Assembly: GCA_012517735.1 (NCBI GenBank)
Contig: JAAYUK010000063.1
Coordinates: forward strand, 2,671-66,670
Source: Nitrospiraceae bacterium
GTDB taxonomy: Bacteria > Nitrospirota > Thermodesulfovibrionia > Thermodesulfovibrionales > Dissulfurispiraceae
Direction: 5' to 3'
Length of the DNA: 64,000 nt
In this document: positions 62,098 through 64,000 of the stretch, in pieces
Layout of the letters: each line of letters begins with the position of its first letter
Position numbering within the stretch: the first letter of the stretch is position 1
Translations under genes and position numbers: made by a program
Notes under the pieces: model-generated
The model's database searches: none
What the model was told of the DNA's origin: nothing
Seen by the model: the letters and a program-made list of their open reading frames with translations, nothing else

Positions 62098-64000
62098 ATG
62101 ACGTCGATCCTGCGCAATCTGTTCAGACACCTGACCTACCAGGCGTTTTCTCCGGGAACGCTGTTGCGGCAGACCTACGAATCGTTCAAGGATATCCTGA
62201 CCCGCAACAAGTCATGTCTGGAACTGATGGCCGAAATGGAAACGATCTACCATGATCGCCGAAAGGTTGATCTCAGCCGTGTGCAGAATCTCTGCGCCCG
62301 GCTCTCGACGGAAGTAACGGCCATGGTCGAGCAGTTGAACCGGATGTCCCCGGTTGCCTATGCCGAACTTCCCGCCTATTGCAGGAAGATCACCTTCTAC
62401 CTGACGGTTGCGCTGGAGACCATGCAGTACGATATCAAGCCTCCGTATGTGCTTTCCCTAAGCGATATCCCGCGCGACGCCGAGGCTGTCGCCGGAGCAA
62501 AGGCGTTGCGTCTTGCCCTGATCAGGAATGAACTCGGCATGCCGGTTCCTGACGGGTTCGTCGTGACGGCCAGCGCGTTCCGGTATTTCATTGAGGCAAA
62601 TGATCTCAAGCGGACGATCGATGCAGAACTCGCGGGGATCGATCTTTCCGATACCAGGCAGCTGGAGTGGACCGCATCGCGTCTCGCAGAACTGGTCTCC
62701 CGAGCCCCGGTACCGCCCCGTCTTGCCGCTGAAATCCTGGAGGCAGGGAAGCGGTTAGCCCGTGGCGATGAACGCATGCGGTTTGCAGTGCGGAGCAGCG
62801 CGGTCGGCGAAGACGGCAGCCTGTCATTTGCCGGGCAGCATCAGACGGTTTTGAACAGCGATCTCGACGGTCTGGTCGCGGCATACAGACAGGTCATTGC
62901 AAGCAAATATTCGGCGCGCGCCCTTACGTACCGGATCGGCAACGGTCTGATCGATGTCGATATGCCGATGGCGGTACTTTGTCTTCCCATGCTTGATGCG
63001 GCATCCGCCGGAGTCATCTATACCGCCGATCCGTCGTCTCCTGTATCACCGACGGTTGCGATCCACGCCGTGCGGGGACTTGGTGAATCGCTTGTGAGCG
63101 GCATGGTGAGTCCGCAGCGCTTCGATATGACCCGTGACGAAATCCCGCAGTGCACTCACGCCACACCGCTCCGGCAGCAGATCAAAACCGTTTCCCGGGA
63201 CAAGGGGATGCTGGAGACGGTTTCTCTTGAAAATGACGATGCGACAACCTGTCTGCAACCGGATGAGCTTGTTGTCCTGACGCAATGGGCGCTTCGGATC
63301 GAGGCGTATTTCGGCATGCCGGTGGATATTGAATGGTGCCGTGATGTCCGCCGCGGGCTTATGCTGCTGCAGGCTCGCCCGCTTCATGTCATGCCGGTGG
63401 TTTCCGGCAGAAGTCCTGTAGCTGTTCCTGAGGGCGCTTCCGTGCTGATAGACAGCGGCATCCGGGCGTCCGGCGGATGTGCGTCCGGCCCTGCCTTTTT
63501 GCTGACGCTGTGGCGCCCGTTTGATCAGGTGCCGAAGGGTGCCGTGTTGATCGCTGCGGTTGCGTCGCCCGATCTGTCTCGGATAACGGACCGCCTTGCC
63601 GCGGCCGTCTTTGAGGTCGGCAGTCCGGCGGGTCATTTTGCATCCCTGGCCCGCGAGTCGGGTCTTCCCACAATAGTACAGGCGGAAGGAGCGCTGTCCC
63701 GCATACAGGAGGGACAGATCGTGACGGTCGACGCGGACGGGCTTCGTGTGTATGATGGTGCATATCCTCTTTGTCCAGCCGGGCGGAACGTCCGCGAGGA
63801 CGCGTTCCTTGCGAGCCCCTTCCGGCTGAAGCTGCGAAGGGCGCTTGATCTGATATCTCCTCTGAACCTGACGGATCCCGAATCCCCCGATTTTGCTCCA
63901 GAGGGGTGCAAAACCCTCCATGATATCATCCGTTTCTGTCATGAGCGTGCGCTCCATGAGATGTTCGCGCTCAACCGGCTCGGGGCCCGCGCATCGCGCG
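62098..64000 (+). CDS. PEP/pyruvate-binding (PPDK_N) + PEP-utilising mobile-domain protein, 3' end outside window
   Basis: My own translation is open to the window end: ..VAGAKALRLA..PDGFVVTASAF..VRSSAVGEDGSLSFAGQHQT.. and ..GSPAGHFASLARESGLPT (phospho-His loop). The ORF track omits it because no stop is reached. Confidence 0.8.
   Translation, partial: MTSILRNLFRHLTYQAFSPGTLLRQTYESFKDILTRNKSCLELMAEMETIYHDRRKVDLSRVQNLCARLSTEVTAMVEQLNRMSPVAYAELPAYCRKITFYLTVALETMQYDIKPPYVLSLSDIPRDAEAVAGAKALRLALIRNELGMPVPDGFVVTASAFRYFIEANDLKRTIDAELAGIDLSDTRQLEWTASRLAELVSRAPVPPRLAAEILEAGKRLARGDERMRFAVRSSAVGEDGSLSFAGQHQTVLNSDLDGLVAAYRQVIASKYSARALTYRIGNGLIDVDMPMAVLCLPMLDAASAGVIYTADPSSPVSPTVAIHAVRGLGESLVSGMVSPQRFDMTRDEIPQCTHATPLRQQIKTVSRDKGMLETVSLENDDATTCLQPDELVVLTQWALRIEAYFGMPVDIEWCRDVRRGLMLLQARPLHVMPVVSGRSPVAVPEGASVLIDSGIRASGGCASGPAFLLTLWRPFDQVPKGAVLIAAVASPDLSRITDRLAAAVFEVGSPAGHFASLARESGLPTIVQAEGALSRIQEGQIVTVDADGLRVYDGAYPLCPAGRNVREDAFLASPFRLKLRRALDLISPLNLTDPESPDFAPEGCKTLHDIIRFCHERALHEMFALNRLGARASR

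Overview
The window is a chromosomal segment from a moderately GC-rich bacterium. Its gene content suggests a strict anaerobe, possibly Desulfobacterota-like, but that is inference only.

Layout:
- 1-21.6 kb: housekeeping genes. These include pgi, fba, gpmA, argJ, tyrS, nfo, pyk, a PAS-GAF-GGDEF cyclase, ppnP, gpsA, larB, rimI-tsaB, an Lpp-like lipoprotein with an L,D-transpeptidase, tRNA-Val and tRNA-Asp, and bioF.
- 21.7-41.1 kb: a complete, tightly coupled dcw cluster (mraZ-rsmH-ftsL-ftsI-murE-murF-mraY-[DD-carboxypeptidase]-murD-ftsW-murG-murC-murB-ddl-ftsQ-ftsA-ftsZ). It has a clear sigma70 promoter and a triple MraZ box.
- 41-58.6 kb: the accessory-looking part. It holds a radical SAM gene, an arsR-polyferredoxin-dedA operon, and a secreted FN3-like protein. 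It also holds an operon of a NifX/orange-protein-like gene, DUF134, DUF4405, a DsrE-like gene and a split YeeE/YedE transporter. After that come moeA-moaE, a second DUF134 with a zinc ribbon, and an FmdB-MBL-CoA-disulfide-reductase/rhodanese operon. The last block is an ORP-like cluster with three NifX-like genes, DUF5320, a Cys-rich protein, two MinD-ferredoxin ATPases and Mrp.
- 58.7-64 kb: a PhnD-like binding protein, a Cys-rich sensor kinase, a CheY-like regulator and a PEP-utilising enzyme that runs off the window.

Main hunt results:
1. An in-frame TGA sits at the conserved Cys of the first YedE half-transporter and is followed by a SECIS-like hairpin. This is probably selenocysteine, and the ORF track truncates the gene there.
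2. Two paralogous NifX-like genes carry near-identical palindromes (GTGCATATGCAC and TGAGCATATGCTCA) embedded in strong sigma70 promoters. This points to a dedicated repressor, with DUF134 as the candidate, for a poorly understood metal/chalcogen trafficking system.
3. A three-copy MITE family (187-229 bp) has 13-bp terminal inverted repeats and 5-bp AT-rich target-site duplications.
4. Sense-oriented, stop-codon-dense heptad-periodic repeats lie directly after four housekeeping genes.
5. FtsZ carries a duplicated C-terminal anchor peptide.

I saw no CRISPR array, rRNA gene, transposase gene or prophage. All homology statements come from reading the translated ORFs and from memory of protein families. 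No searches were run.
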